DNA from: Candidatus Micrarchaeota archaeon
GTDB lineage: Archaea > Micrarchaeota > Micrarchaeia > Anstonellales > Bilamarchaeaceae
Assembly: GCA_037440825.1 (NCBI GenBank)
Contig: JBBITJ010000005.1
Coordinates: forward strand, 13,980 to 38,346
Direction: 5' to 3'
DNA: 24,367 nt
The stretch's first letter is position 1. Each line of letters opens with the position of its first letter. A program made the position numbers and the translations under genes. The notes beneath the pieces are model-generated. The model saw only the letters and a list, made by a program, of their open reading frames with translations, had not been told where the DNA came from and made no database searches. Positions 1-9,536 of this stretch are shown here, piece after piece.

Positions 1-1
1 C

Positions 2-2614
2 CACGTAATAACTCACCTCGAACCTCGCGGCCTTGCCCTTCTTCAGTCCGTACACACGCACCACATATCCGTCTGCGGTTTCCATAGCCTCGACTTTTTC
101 CCCAGTTACTGTTATCACTTGCTTTTCCCGCACCTCGTCCTGTGGCGGCACTTCCGCGAAAGTTTCAAGATATACCATATCCACATTTGGAACCAGCTCG
201 ATCTGGTACCTCTGGTACGTTCGTTCCCCTATCTTGGTACTCAGGTTCTTGGCGAACTTCCTTTCATACGCGTCTTGCATGGTGTATTGCGCTTCGAACG
301 TGTGCAGCCCCTCCTCAAGTTTCCTTGAAACCATTCCCCCTTCCCCAATCGCGGCAGGCACTCCATCTATGTAAAGCCCGTCCCACGTTTCCGCCACAGC
401 GAAGCGCCAGACATCCCCTATCGTGCGCACATCTCTTGACTCGGTGATCATTGCCGAATAATTCTGGAACCCGATCGCGTCCACACTAACCTTCTCCGTT
501 TTCATCACTACTTCCCGCTTTTCAAACAAATACCTCTGCCTTTCGTAGCCGCCTATCGCCTTCAGATAGAGCCTGATTTTCCCGTCATAGTAAGCCACGC
601 CCCGCAGCAAGTCTGCGCCTATCACGACGTCATCCTGGCTGAATTCCACTTTCGAGCCCGCTTCCACCACCAGATTCTTGCCTGCGTAAGGTGCCGCATT
701 GACCACTATGATCTCGAGGCTGGATTCAGATTCGCCGTCCAGCACCGCATCCTCGGAATAGAGCGAAGCGCTGGCCAGCAGCCTGCCTGCACCCAGATTC
801 ACCATGCTTTCGTGCGCATCCTTCAAAATCTCCCCATACTTTTTCCGTAGTTCAGCGAGCGAGCCGACCGCTTCAGGGTACGAAATCGTCCCGGCAGACA
901 CAAGCCCTGCTTCGGCTTGTTCAACCATGAGTGCGAGGTCCGTGCAACCCTCCCCGCATTCTTCTATCGCAGCAATCACCTCCCCTCTCAACCTGGGAAG
1001 GTCCGAATACCGTTCCATCGCGCTTTCACCCACGCTGGCGATTATCGCCGAACACCCTGCCAGCAGCGCGGAAGCGTTGTCCCCATTTTCCAGCACCGAA
1101 AGGTACGCTCTCTCGAATTCCACCTGGATGCCGTCAGTTTCCGCCCGTGCGAGCAGCGCCTCCGCTTCCGCGCACGTTCCAATCGCGCTCCAGTTCGTAT
1201 CAGCTTCAGCCTCGCTCGAGACCGCGAGCGCAGCCTCGGCATCAGCGATCGCCCTCGCATAATACTCTAGCCTCCTTCCCTGAATTTCCTCATCCAGCCC
1301 TGCCTGGAATTCAGCTTCTGCATCATCGTAAAGCGCCTTTGCCCTGGAAGGCCAGGCAGAGCTCGCGAATTTCCTCTCCACGTCAGAAATCCTCACCCTG
1401 GCTTCGCCTTCATACTCCTGCACGACCGTTTCAACCACGTCCAGCGCAGCCGAGAACTCGTCTTCCGCCTGCTTCGCAAGCTCCCTTGCCGCAGTCGCGT
1501 TTGCGAGCGCATTCTTCAGATAGCCGCTTCCGCGGTGGGCTGCAGCTGTCTCGGCATATTCCAGCCTTCTTTTCGCCTCCGCGACGTGCCTCTTACCGCT
1601 TTCAGCCAATTCGTCCACTGCAGCGAGTCCGTCCCCTATGTTTTCCCCGAATACCGCGCTTCCCCCTACCCTCCACAATTCGGCATCGTCCGCTGCCTGC
1701 TCCATCAGCTCCGCAGCGGCAATCTCCGCAACAGCTTCCGCGCGCACGCTTTCGTAATTTGCCGCGCTTCCGCTTACCTGTGCATCCACCTGCGCTGCAG
1801 CCGCATTTACCTTATTCACAGCGCCGAAGTAATCGTCGCCTATGATATTCATGGGCCAGCCGAACTCTATCAGGGGCACGTCGTCATAAACCCGCAGGGT
1901 GTTGTTCTCCAGCATGCTCCTCACCAGCGCGAAATCCCCGCTTCCACCTTTTCCAGCAGCAGCGAGCAACGCCTCCGCTTCCGCGCACGCTTCGTGCCCT
2001 GCGACGTCCTGTCCGCAAACCCCTGCGTATTCAGCTTCAATCAGCGCAGCCTCCAATCCAACAAGCGCTCCATTCAGCCTCTTGACCCGCGCTTCGAGCG
2101 CATCTAGGGCATTGTTCATCGTCCCTCTCCATGCCTTCGCGTAATCTTCCGAGAACCACCTCTTCGCGATGAAATACCTGAAATCCCGGCCGAAGTTGAG
2201 ATTGCAATTAATCGCCCTGTCCACAACGAAGCACGCGCAGTTCGCGTCTCCGGAAGCGGCGCATATGTCCTTCACGTTATATATGTAAGGCAATATCCAG
2301 TAATTGGTGAAGTCGTCGACCTGCGTCCAGATGTTTCTCGCCAGCGAATAGTTCCCTTGTGCCTCGCGCACAGTGGGTGCGTCCCTATACTCCCCTTCCA
2401 CGGAATTCACCGCGAGCCGGTCCAGGCTCGCCTGCGTTTGGTATATATCCCACTCCGGCGAGAGCGGCGGCACGAGGGTGTAATCCACTACATCAGAATT
2501 CCCTGGCCACTGGACCTCATAATTCCACGGCCTCGCGAACGTCTGTGGAAAAGGGTCTATCGCAAACGAAACTAGAACTAGCGCAAGGAGCCCAAAACCT
2601 TCCTTTTTGAGCAT
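2..2614 (-). CDS. Large predicted secreted/surface protein, >870 aa, Ala/Glu-rich helical region followed by a likely beta-rich region; 3' end runs off the window
   Basis: Absent from the ORF track because there is no stop in the window. ATG at 2614 gives MLKKEGFGLLALVLVSFAIDPFPQTFARPW (signal-peptide-like). The frame reads open wherever I translated it, including the last codons (...AARFEVSYYV). The many + strand ORFs here are antisense shadows. Confidence 0.85.
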   Translation of the reverse strand, partial: MLKKEGFGLLALVLVSFAIDPFPQTFARPWNYEVQWPGNSDVVDYTLVPPLSPEWDIYQTQASLDRLAVNSVEGEYRDAPTVREAQGNYSLARNIWTQVDDFTNYWILPYIYNVKDICAASGDANCACFVVDRAINCNLNFGRDFRYFIAKRWFSEDYAKAWRGTMNNALDALEARVKRLNGALVGLEAALIEAEYAGVCGQDVAGHEACAEAEALLAAAGKGGSGDFALVRSMLENNTLRVYDDVPLIEFGWPMNIIGDDYFGAVNKVNAAAAQVDAQVSGSAANYESVRAEAVAEIAAAELMEQAADDAELWRVGGSAVFGENIGDGLAAVDELAESGKRHVAEAKRRLEYAETAAAHRGSGYLKNALANATAARELAKQAEDEFSAALDVVETVVQEYEGEARVRISDVERKFASSAWPSRAKALYDDAEAEFQAGLDEEIQGRRLEYYARAIADAEAALAVSSEAEADTNWSAIGTCAEAEALLARAETDGIQVEFERAYLSVLENGDNASALLAGCSAIIASVGESAMERYSDLPRLRGEVIAAIEECGEGCTDLALMVEQAEAGLVSAGTISYPEAVGSLAELRKKYGEILKDAHESMVNLGAGRLLASASLYSEDAVLDGESESSLEIIVVNAAPYAGKNLVVEAGSKVEFSQDDVVIGADLLRGVAYYDGKIRLYLKAIGGYERQRYLFEKREVVMKTEKVSVDAIGFQNYSAMITESRDVRTIGDVWRFAVAETWDGLYIDGVPAAIGEGGMVSRKLEEGLHTFEAQYTMQDAYERKFAKNLSTKIGERTYQRYQIELVPNVDMVYLETFAEVPPQDEVREKQVITVTGEKVEAMETADGYVVRVYGLKKGKAARFEVSYYV

Positions 2615-2715
2615 GTTTTTCTATTACAAGCAACATATATAAACTAAAAGGGTATATAAGCAGCGAAAGTTTCTTGCCCCTTTTGGACCCCTTTGTTCTA
2701 TTCACCCAAACTGCG

Positions 2716-2743
2716 TATGCGTGCACGCTTTAGCGTCACGCAT
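2716..2743. terminator. Imperfect inverted repeat just downstream of purN
   Basis: tatgcgtg(c)acgct-tt-agcgt-cacgcata forms a hairpin about 15 nt past the purN stop. Confidence 0.35.
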
Positions 2744-2757
2744 ATGCATCAAATCCA

Positions 2758-3393
2758 CTATTTGCTCATTTTACCAAATTCAATATAAGACGTTCTCTTT
2801 CCTTCCACAACAAATTTCCCGACAGAAAGCATGCGTGCGACTTCTTTGACGCACTCGTGCTCCAGCGGCCTCATTAACTCATACACCTCTTCCTTGCTCC
2901 TGCAATTCGAGATGTCTGCACACTTCTGATACAATATCGGTCCGGCATCCAACTCAGGCGTCACAAAATGAATGGTGACTCCGCTCACTTTGCACCCGTG
3001 ATTGTAAGCCTGCCCCTGCGCGTCTAATCCAGGAAACGAGGGAAGGAGCGCAGGATGGAGGTTGATTATTTTGTTCTCGTATCTTTTGAAGAATTCCGGC
3101 GCCTTCAGGAGCAGCATGTATCCCAGCAGATAGACGTAATCCACCTTGTAGCTTTCCAATATCCTCAAAATCTCGCGGTCCATGTCCTCCCTTGTCTTGA
3201 ATTTCTCCCTCAAGACGACCTGCACAGGAATCCCGGCCTTCTTCGCCCTCTCTATCGCCCCGGCTTCAGCGCGATTCGTTATCAGCACCTTTATCTCCGC
3301 GCCCTTTATTTCGCCTGATTTAATTCCGTCTATGAGCGCCTGGAAGTTCGTCCCGTTTCCGCTTGCAAGAACTCCGAAAGAAACCATATTCAT
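2758..3393 (-). CDS. purN: Phosphoribosylglycinamide formyltransferase (folate-dependent GAR transformylase)
   Basis: Motifs VLASGNGTNFQAL, INLHPALLPSFPG, SGVTIHFV and LDAGPI. Start placed at the ATG overlapping the upstream stop (ATGA). Confidence 0.95.
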   Translation of the reverse strand: MNMVSFGVLASGNGTNFQALIDGIKSGEIKGAEIKVLITNRAEAGAIERAKKAGIPVQVVLREKFKTREDMDREILRILESYKVDYVYLLGYMLLLKAPEFFKRYENKIINLHPALLPSFPGLDAQGQAYNHGCKVSGVTIHFVTPELDAGPILYQKCADISNCRSKEEVYELMRPLEHECVKEVARMLSVGKFVVEGKRTSYIEFGKMSK

Positions 3394-3932
3394 CCCTCCA
3401 GTACCCAATCCTCGGCAATTATTTTATCCATTCGCATGTCGTGCTTCTCGCGCGGCAGCTTCGGGACGACCTGCCACTCGTAACATACCCCTATCGAATA
3501 AACGTCATGCTTGGCCAGGTACTTGTCGTAATACCCTTTTCCGAATCCAAGCCTGTACATCTCCAGATCAAAAGCGAGTCCAGGCACCACGAGCAGCTCA
3601 GGAACCTCTTCGGTTTCGCCGAGCGGCTCCATTATGCCCAGCTGGCCAGCAGCAAGGCTCTCAAAACCTTCGAATTCGCAGAATGCGATCTCGCCCGTCC
3701 TGATCCTAGGCAGATATATTGTCTTCCCGAATTTCAGAGTTCGCTCTATCATCTCCTTCGTGCTTATCTCGCCCTTCATGGAATAGTAGAAACCGACGCT
3801 CTCGACTTTCAGGAATTCCTCGTCTGAGAAAAGGTTCCTCATAACCTTCGCGCCCGCTTCGGAAACATCATCGTCGCTGAGTGAAGCCCTCCTCAGGGTC
3901 ATCTCCTCCCTTATCTGCTGCTTACTGTTCAT
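3390..3932 (-). CDS. 5-formyltetrahydrofolate cyclo-ligase
   Basis: N-terminal KQQIREEM and the signature LLVVPGLAFD..RLGFGKGYYDKYL; C-terminal HDMRMDKII. Confidence 0.95.
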   Translation of the reverse strand: MNSKQQIREEMTLRRASLSDDDVSEAGAKVMRNLFSDEEFLKVESVGFYYSMKGEISTKEMIERTLKFGKTIYLPRIRTGEIAFCEFEGFESLAAGQLGIMEPLGETEEVPELLVVPGLAFDLEMYRLGFGKGYYDKYLAKHDVYSIGVCYEWQVVPKLPREKHDMRMDKIIAEDWVLEG

Positions 3933-4953
3933 CGATCCTGAACCTCAAAAGCGCGGCAATGCCGCCCAATCCCTTCAATTCCTGTCCAGGTTCGGCCTCG
4001 GAAGAAAAAACCACGACGACCGCGCTTTTCTCAGCCTCCTCGGCGAGCTTCTCCGCGCGCTTGTCCGCCCTCAGCAATTCGTCAAGCACCAGCACGGTCT
4101 CCGCAGCCCCCAGTCCAAGCGCTTTCTCCACTTCCGCAGCCCCGTATGTGGAAAGCCCGTCCTCCTTGTTTATATGCATCATCACTTTCCCCATGAGCTC
4201 GGCTTCCTTCTCTATCCTCGCTTCTCCTATGAGCTTGCCCACTATCCCGCGCTTGAGCAATTCGCTCACTCCATTCCGCTCCGCATAGCTCACATTCTCG
4301 AAGCTTGAGCGTTTAAGCAGCGCCGCGTTCTTCTTCTCCAGATATTTCCTGAAATTGTCCTTCTCGAACCCGGGCCCAGCTATTATGTAGCGTTCTTCGT
4401 GCATCTCCATTTCCCGGGCGATCTCAGCGTAGTATGCGGTTTTCTTCTCCTCGAACTTCTCATCTCTCTTTCTCGCCTCGCTGTAAATCTCGGGTCCGAA
4501 CTCCACTCCGTAGCCCATCACGAGCGCAGTGAGCGCCTTCTCGTCATCCATCACTATTATGCGCACCTTCGGCCTCTTCGCCTCCTTCTCCGCCTCCTTC
4601 AACCTCTTTATATGGTGCGCCTTCCACTCCTTTATGATAGTTATTTTCTCACCCTTCTCCGCGTCTATCGTATGGTACTTCCCCCGCTGCACGAACTCCT
4701 CGGGAGTTCCCTGAACGATCTTCCCGCTCAGCCGGAGTTTGTTCGCGTATTTCGCGAACTCCACCTTCTCGATCTCGATTCGCACGAAAACCGGCTTCTT
4801 CACTTCCTCGCTTCCCAGCTTCACGCTCCTGAAAGTCCTGGCTTCCGCGAAATCCCCTGGTTCCACTATCCTCTCCAGATGCCAGAGGTCGTCAAGCGTT
4901 TCCGGAACGAGCTTCGCCTCGCCGGTTTTCTTGTCTATCCCAAGGATTCGCAT
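3922..4953 (-). CDS. pelA: mRNA surveillance / ribosome rescue protein Pelota (Dom34)
   Basis: PETLDDLWHL, LRLSGKI, GKYHT, IIAGPGFEK and LKGLGGIAALLRF motifs. Confidence 0.96.
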   Translation of the reverse strand: MRILGIDKKTGEAKLVPETLDDLWHLERIVEPGDFAEARTFRSVKLGSEEVKKPVFVRIEIEKVEFAKYANKLRLSGKIVQGTPEEFVQRGKYHTIDAEKGEKITIIKEWKAHHIKRLKEAEKEAKRPKVRIIVMDDEKALTALVMGYGVEFGPEIYSEARKRDEKFEEKKTAYYAEIAREMEMHEERYIIAGPGFEKDNFRKYLEKKNAALLKRSSFENVSYAERNGVSELLKRGIVGKLIGEARIEKEAELMGKVMMHINKEDGLSTYGAAEVEKALGLGAAETVLVLDELLRADKRAEKLAEEAEKSAVVVVFSSEAEPGQELKGLGGIAALLRFRIDEQ

Positions 4954-5132
4954 GCAGAAATTATGGGGGCTTTTTTTATAAACAGAGCTATCTGCCTTCC
5001 TTATTTTTCCCGCAGCCAGTGCTTTCTTCTGGGCGAATTCCTGCCTGGAAATGCCCGGACGTGCCGATCATGATCTGCGCCATGCGCATATGTGCCCGCC
5101 AACATTAAAATCATTCTCCATGAAATAGGCGC

Positions 5133-6116
5133 ATGAAGTGCATATTGGGCGGAACATTCAACATCCTGCACAAAGGGCACCGCAAATTGCTGGAAGCCGC
5201 GCTCGCGTTCGACGAATTGGAAATAGGGCTCACGAGCGACAGGTTCGCCAGAGAAATCAAGAGCTATCCGTCAGTCCCTTATGGGAAAAGGAAATCCAAT
5301 CTAACTGCGTTCCTGGAGTCCGTGCTCAAAAAATCAAAAATCGAATTCTCGATAAAGCAAATAGACGACAAATACGGCTTCGCGCACAAGAGCGACGCAG
5401 ACGCGATAATCGTCTCGCAGGAAACCGAAGCTGCGGCGCAGGAGATAAATGCTTTGCGTCTGCGCCTCAGGCGCAAGCCGCTGAAAATAATTTCCGTTCC
5501 AATCTCCTACGCAGAAGATTACCTGAAAATCTCCTCGCAGCGCATCCACGAAAAGAAGATAAATGCGGAAGGCAAACGCCTCAAGCCCGTGCTCTTCGCT
5601 CTCGGCACAGTCAATCCGAGCAAGAAGGAAGGCGTGGAGAACGCAGCGAAAAAGCTCTTCAAGAAATTCAAGGTGCAGGCCCTGAAGGTGAAGAGCGGCA
5701 TAAGCGAGCAGCCGTTCGACGAGGAAACCGTGGAGGGCGCGATGAACCGCGCGAAAGCAGCCTATTACACCACTGGCGCTGATTTCGGAATCGGGATAGA
5801 GAGCGGCATATTCAAACTAGGCGAATTCCTTCACGATATTGCAATCTGCGCCATTTTCGACGGCGAACGCACCACTCTTGGAAACAGCATGGGCTTCCAG
5901 ATGCCGCCTCAGACGCTCCAATTGCTCTCGCAGCACAAGGATTTGGGCGCTGTGATGGAGGGGCTTTCCGGAATAGAAAAGATAGGGTACAAGAAAGGCG
6001 CGATCCACTATCTGTCCGCAGGCCTCCTCGACCGCCAGATGATGAACGAACAGGCATTTTTGTGCGCGATGATCCCTCGCATCTCCGAAGCGAAAGGGGT
6101 TTTCAGGTACTTCTAA
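5133..6116 (+). CDS. coaD: Fusion of archaeal phosphopantetheine adenylyltransferase and YjjX-type inosine/xanthosine triphosphatase
   Basis: N-half: GGTFNILHKGH, IVSQET, ISSQRI. C-half: GTVNPSK, SGISEQPF, GAMNRA, GIGIESG, GAIHYLS. Confidence 0.9.
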   Translation: MKCILGGTFNILHKGHRKLLEAALAFDELEIGLTSDRFAREIKSYPSVPYGKRKSNLTAFLESVLKKSKIEFSIKQIDDKYGFAHKSDADAIIVSQETEAAAQEINALRLRLRRKPLKIISVPISYAEDYLKISSQRIHEKKINAEGKRLKPVLFALGTVNPSKKEGVENAAKKLFKKFKVQALKVKSGISEQPFDEETVEGAMNRAKAAYYTTGADFGIGIESGIFKLGEFLHDIAICAIFDGERTTLGNSMGFQMPPQTLQLLSQHKDLGAVMEGLSGIEKIGYKKGAIHYLSAGLLDRQMMNEQAFLCAMIPRISEAKGVFRYF

Positions 6117-6625
6117 TCCTCTACTCTTTCCATAGGGCTGTAGCACCCGTTCTGCTGGCAGTCAGTCATCTTCTCTTCCAGCTCGTTCTTTATGGAATCT
6201 ATTCCCCAGCCGTACCAGTCGCCCACGTACACCATGGGCACGTAGAACTGGTCCTTCGGAACACCGTAAGCGTCAGCGAATCTTTCATACATCAACCAGC
6301 CTTCGCCAGTGCTTATATCGTACTCTATCCAAGCGGAACTTTCGTTGTACGTGGATTTGAGCTGGAGCACCCATTTCCTCAGCTCCACGCACGCCGAGCA
6401 CCCTTCCTCGTAAAAATAAACAACTGTCACATTCCCTTTCTCCAATTCGAGATTGTCGAAAATGGAATCAGCGCCGCTTTCATCCACGTCCGCGAAATCC
6501 CCCCAATCTCCGGAAGGGTTCTCCATGTTCAGCACATCTGAAAAGTCAGGACCTTTGGCCTGCTGTTGGCTGGCGCATCCGAAAAGCGCAATCAGAGCGA
6601 GAAATGCCGCGAACGTGAATCGCAT
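6113..6625 (-). CDS. Thioredoxin/glutaredoxin-fold lipoprotein
   Basis: Signal with lipobox (MRFTFAAFLALIALFGC), YFYEEGCSAC active-site motif, cis-Pro motif YVPMVYVG. Start moved to ATG 6625. Confidence 0.8.
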   Translation of the reverse strand: MRFTFAAFLALIALFGCASQQQAKGPDFSDVLNMENPSGDWGDFADVDESGADSIFDNLELEKGNVTVVYFYEEGCSACVELRKWVLQLKSTYNESSAWIEYDISTGEGWLMYERFADAYGVPKDQFYVPMVYVGDWYGWGIDSIKNELEEKMTDCQQNGCYSPMERVED

Positions 6626-6812
6626 AATCCAACATAGCGTCCAAAATTTTAAGATGCTTGCCAAAACCCCAAATAGCGTATTTGACGATGGTGTGCGCGA
6701 GTGCTCTATGCATCGCGCGCACTCGGTTTGGGTGCGTAAAACAAAGTTCCCAGAAGGAGCAAGAATATTCGTGCTTTATTGCCTCTTCTAACCCACTGGA
6801 AAGCACCCCTTC

Positions 6813-6848
6813 CTTTATTATTATATATAGTATATCTTATATAAGAAA
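6813..6848 (+). promoter_or_regulatory. AT-rich TATA-box region upstream of the small gene-radA unit
   Basis: tttattattatatatagtatatcttatataag in otherwise GC-rich DNA. GGTGA Shine-Dalgarno at 6879-6883. Confidence 0.6.
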
Positions 6849-6888
6849 AGAACGGAACCTCTTTCGGGCTCCAAAAACGGTGAATAAA

Positions 6889-7134
6889 ATGGTAGACGAG
6901 GACTTTGAAGAAGTAAGCGGAAGCGAACAGCAGCAGGAAACCCAGGGCGGAGGAAAGCGCCCGGAGCTGCGCGTGGTCCAGCCCGTGACCGACCGCGACG
7001 GGAAAACTATTTTCAAGAGCGTGGGCGGGATGTGGAAGAACGTAAGCAAGAACGGCAACGAGTTCTACACCCTGAAAATAGGCGAGCTCAAGCTCCTAGT
7101 GTTCCCCAACACCCCCCGAGACCAGTCGTTCTAA
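6889..7134 (+). CDS. Small hypothetical protein (81 aa), DUF736-like beta motif, directly upstream of radA
   Basis: GGTGA RBS then ATG at 6889. VGGMWKNVSKNGNEFYTLKI resembles the GxxW..SK.G..Y.S.K pattern of DUF736-type proteins (recalled, not searched). Confidence 0.75.
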   Translation: MVDEDFEEVSGSEQQQETQGGGKRPELRVVQPVTDRDGKTIFKSVGGMWKNVSKNGNEFYTLKIGELKLLVFPNTPRDQSF

Positions 7135-7157
7135 TGAAAATATGAAAGGCGATCAGC

Positions 7158-8138
7158 ATGGCAGAGAAAAAAGAAAAAGACGAAAAGGAATCGAAGTATG
7201 TGAAGTACGAAGACCTTGAGGACCTTCCGGGAATAGGTCCCGCGACAGCGGAAAGGCTGAAAGCCGCAGGATACAAGGACATCGCGAGCATAGCTTCCGG
7301 AACACCGCACGAGCTTGCCGAAGTCGGCGATTTCGGCGTGGAAGCCGCGAAAAAAGCGATAGAGGCGGCGAAATCCTCCCTTGAAATAGGGTTCGAGACC
7401 GCTGACCAGGTGTTCGAAAGGAGGAAGAACATCGGCAGGATAAAGACCGGCTCCCAAGAGCTCGACGAGCTGCTCGGAGGAGGGGTGGAAACCCAGTCCA
7501 TAACCGAATTCTTCGGCAGGTTCGGCTCAGGAAAATCCCAGGTTGGATTCCAGCTCGCGGTGAACGTGCAGAAGCCTGTCGAACAGGGCGGGCTCGGAGG
7601 TAAGACGATATTCATAGATACAGAAAGCACATTCAGGCCAGACAGGATAATGCAGCTTGCCGAAGCCCAGGGGCTCGACCCGCAGGAGGCGCTGAGGAAC
7701 ATATACATCCAGCGTGCAGAAAATTCCGACCACCAGATGCTTCTCGCTGAAAGGGCGGAATCCCTGATAAAGGAGAACAACGTGAAGCTCATGATAGTGG
7801 ATTCGCTCACTTCGCACTTCCGCGCGGATTACGTTGGAAGAGGCGCGCTTGGAGACAGGCAGCAGAAGCTCAACAAGCACATCCACCTGCTCCAGAAGCT
7901 CGCGGACAAGTACAACATCGCAATCTACATCACGAACCAGGTTATGGACAATCCTGCGATAATGTTCGGCGATCCAACTACTCCCATAGGAGGGCACGTG
8001 CTCGCGCACGCCGCAACCTACCGCGTCTACGTGAGGAAGAGCAAGGAAGAAAAGAGGATTGCAAGGCTCATAGACTCCCCCAACCTTCCTGAAGGCGAGC
8101 GCGTGTTCAAGGTCACCCCTGAAGGGATAAAGGACTAG
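7158..8138 (+). CDS. radA: DNA repair and recombination protein RadA (no intein)
   Basis: Hh[16 protein letters not shown], Walker [39 protein letters not shown]. Confidence 0.98.
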   Translation: MAEKKEKDEKESKYVKYEDLEDLPGIGPATAERLKAAGYKDIASIASGTPHELAEVGDFGVEAAKKAIEAAKSSLEIGFETADQVFERRKNIGRIKTGSQELDELLGGGVETQSITEFFGRFGSGKSQVGFQLAVNVQKPVEQGGLGGKTIFIDTESTFRPDRIMQLAEAQGLDPQEALRNIYIQRAENSDHQMLLAERAESLIKENNVKLMIVDSLTSHFRADYVGRGALGDRQQKLNKHIHLLQKLADKYNIAIYITNQVMDNPAIMFGDPTTPIGGHVLAHAATYRVYVRKSKEEKRIARLIDSPNLPEGERVFKVTPEGIKD

Positions 8139-8190
8139 TTTTCTTTCCGTTTTGTTTTCGCCCTTCGTTCTTTGGGGCGGGCTCTCACTT

Positions 8191-8454
8191 CTAAATATTG
8201 GCGAAATCCTTAGGTCCCTTTCCCCTGGGGAATATCTTCTGCCCCGCGCTCTTAACAGGAAGCTGGTTCTCCTCAGCCACCCTTACCATCTCGTTTATCG
8301 GAAGGCTCCTAGCGCAGGAAAGGTAAGGTATTTTTCCAACCGGCCCATCTTCCCTCTCGACAACAAAATCCTGCCTCTGCCTTATCCCGGCTATGGTGAC
8401 ATTCAGCGTCACTTTCCCGATTTGCAGAATCTGTTCCCTATCCATGTCAAACAT
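8191..8454 (-). CDS. Hypothetical protein (87 aa)
   Basis: Overlaps the NAD kinase stop, operon-like arrangement, plausible composition. No recognised motif. Confidence 0.7.
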   Translation of the reverse strand: MFDMDREQILQIGKVTLNVTIAGIRQRQDFVVEREDGPVGKIPYLSCARSLPINEMVRVAEENQLPVKSAGQKIFPRGKGPKDFANI

Positions 8455-9145
8455 CCACGAAATTTATTACTCTGTCTCCAATCGCGCTCACAACTTCGCC
8501 TTCCGCGAGCTCGATCACCTGCTGGCCGTCCAGTATCAGGTCCGCCGCCCCCCTGGTCCTCACAGTTATCTCTGAAGCCACTGGCGCGAGCCTGGGCTTG
8601 AAGCTCCTCAGGTACGGGCATATCGCAACCACTTCGACGAGGAAATTCGATTTCTCTATCGTGAATCCGCCTGCTGAATAAGCGTATCCGCTCGCCCCTG
8701 TGGGAGTGGATATTATCACCCCGTCCCCTCCGAACCTGAACGTCTCCTTCCCGATAACCACTTCATTCTCTATGAAGTTGTGCTTCCTCGAATGCACTAC
8801 TGCGTCATTGAGCGCCCATCCAACATCCTTCCCGTCTATTTTCACTGAAAGCGCAGTCCGTTCCTCCACTTCCAGCTTCTTCATCTTCATTATCTTCTCG
8901 ATTGCGGGCTTCCAGTTGCCTGAGTTCGCCTGGCACACCTTGCTCCTCTCGCTCCCGATAGCGAAAACAGCTCCGTGTACGTTTCCCTTGTTGTAGAATA
9001 TCGTCCCGTCTCCCCCTATGAGCACGCACACGTCCTCCCTGGCGGAAACGAGCTCCTGCTTCCTGGATTTGAGCAGCTGCTCAGCCTCCTTCGCGACCTT
9101 TGCAGCCCATTCTTTGGCAGGATTGAAAATTATCCTGAATCTCAT
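8447..9145 (-). CDS. nadK: NAD(+)/NADH kinase
   Basis: GGDGT, ALNDAVV, GDGVIISTPTGASGYAYSAGG, LDGQ motifs. Start moved to MRFRIIFNP. Confidence 0.93.
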   Translation of the reverse strand: MRFRIIFNPAKEWAAKVAKEAEQLLKSRKQELVSAREDVCVLIGGDGTIFYNKGNVHGAVFAIGSERSKVCQANSGNWKPAIEKIMKMKKLEVEERTALSVKIDGKDVGWALNDAVVHSRKHNFIENEVVIGKETFRFGGDGVIISTPTGASGYAYSAGGFTIEKSNFLVEVVAICPYLRSFKPRLAPVASEITVRTRGAADLILDGQQVIELAEGEVVSAIGDRVINFVDV

Positions 9146-9149
9146 GCTA

Positions 9150-9536
9150 TCATTGGAGTGCTTGCACGTAGACCTTCCGGTTCCTGGGTCCGTCGCCTTC
9201 CACAAGCAGTATGCGCTGCCAGCTCCCCAGCGCTAGTTTGCCGTTATGCACGGGGACCACCACGCTCGTGCTTATGAGCGCGGAAAGCAAGTGCGCTTCG
9301 GCATTACCGTCAACCTTGTTGTGCCTGTAATCCGCCTTAGGGGCTATCCTGTTGAAAAAGTCCTTGTAATCCTCCTTTATGTTCGGCTCGTACTCGTTTA
9401 TCGTGACTGCTGCGGTGGTGTGCGGAACGAAGACAAGGCACGCGCTGCCCTCCTCGTCCTTCATCGCCTCCTTGACGAAATGCGTGATGTCCAGCACTTC
9501 GGTCTTTGCCCTGGTCTTCACCATGAACTCCTCCAT
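9150..9536 (-). CDS. yjbQ: YjbQ/UPF0047 family protein
   Basis: FVPHTTAAVTINE, YRHN..DGNAEAHL, LGSWQRILLVEGDGPR. Confidence 0.93.
   Translation of the reverse strand: MEEFMVKTRAKTEVLDITHFVKEAMKDEEGSACLVFVPHTTAAVTINEYEPNIKEDYKDFFNRIAPKADYRHNKVDGNAEAHLLSALISTSVVVPVHNGKLALGSWQRILLVEGDGPRNRKVYVQALQ

Noticed and set aside
33..2610. Many + strand ORFs (e.g. 931..1845)
   Set aside because: Ser/Pro/Arg-rich antisense shadows of the long minus-strand gene.
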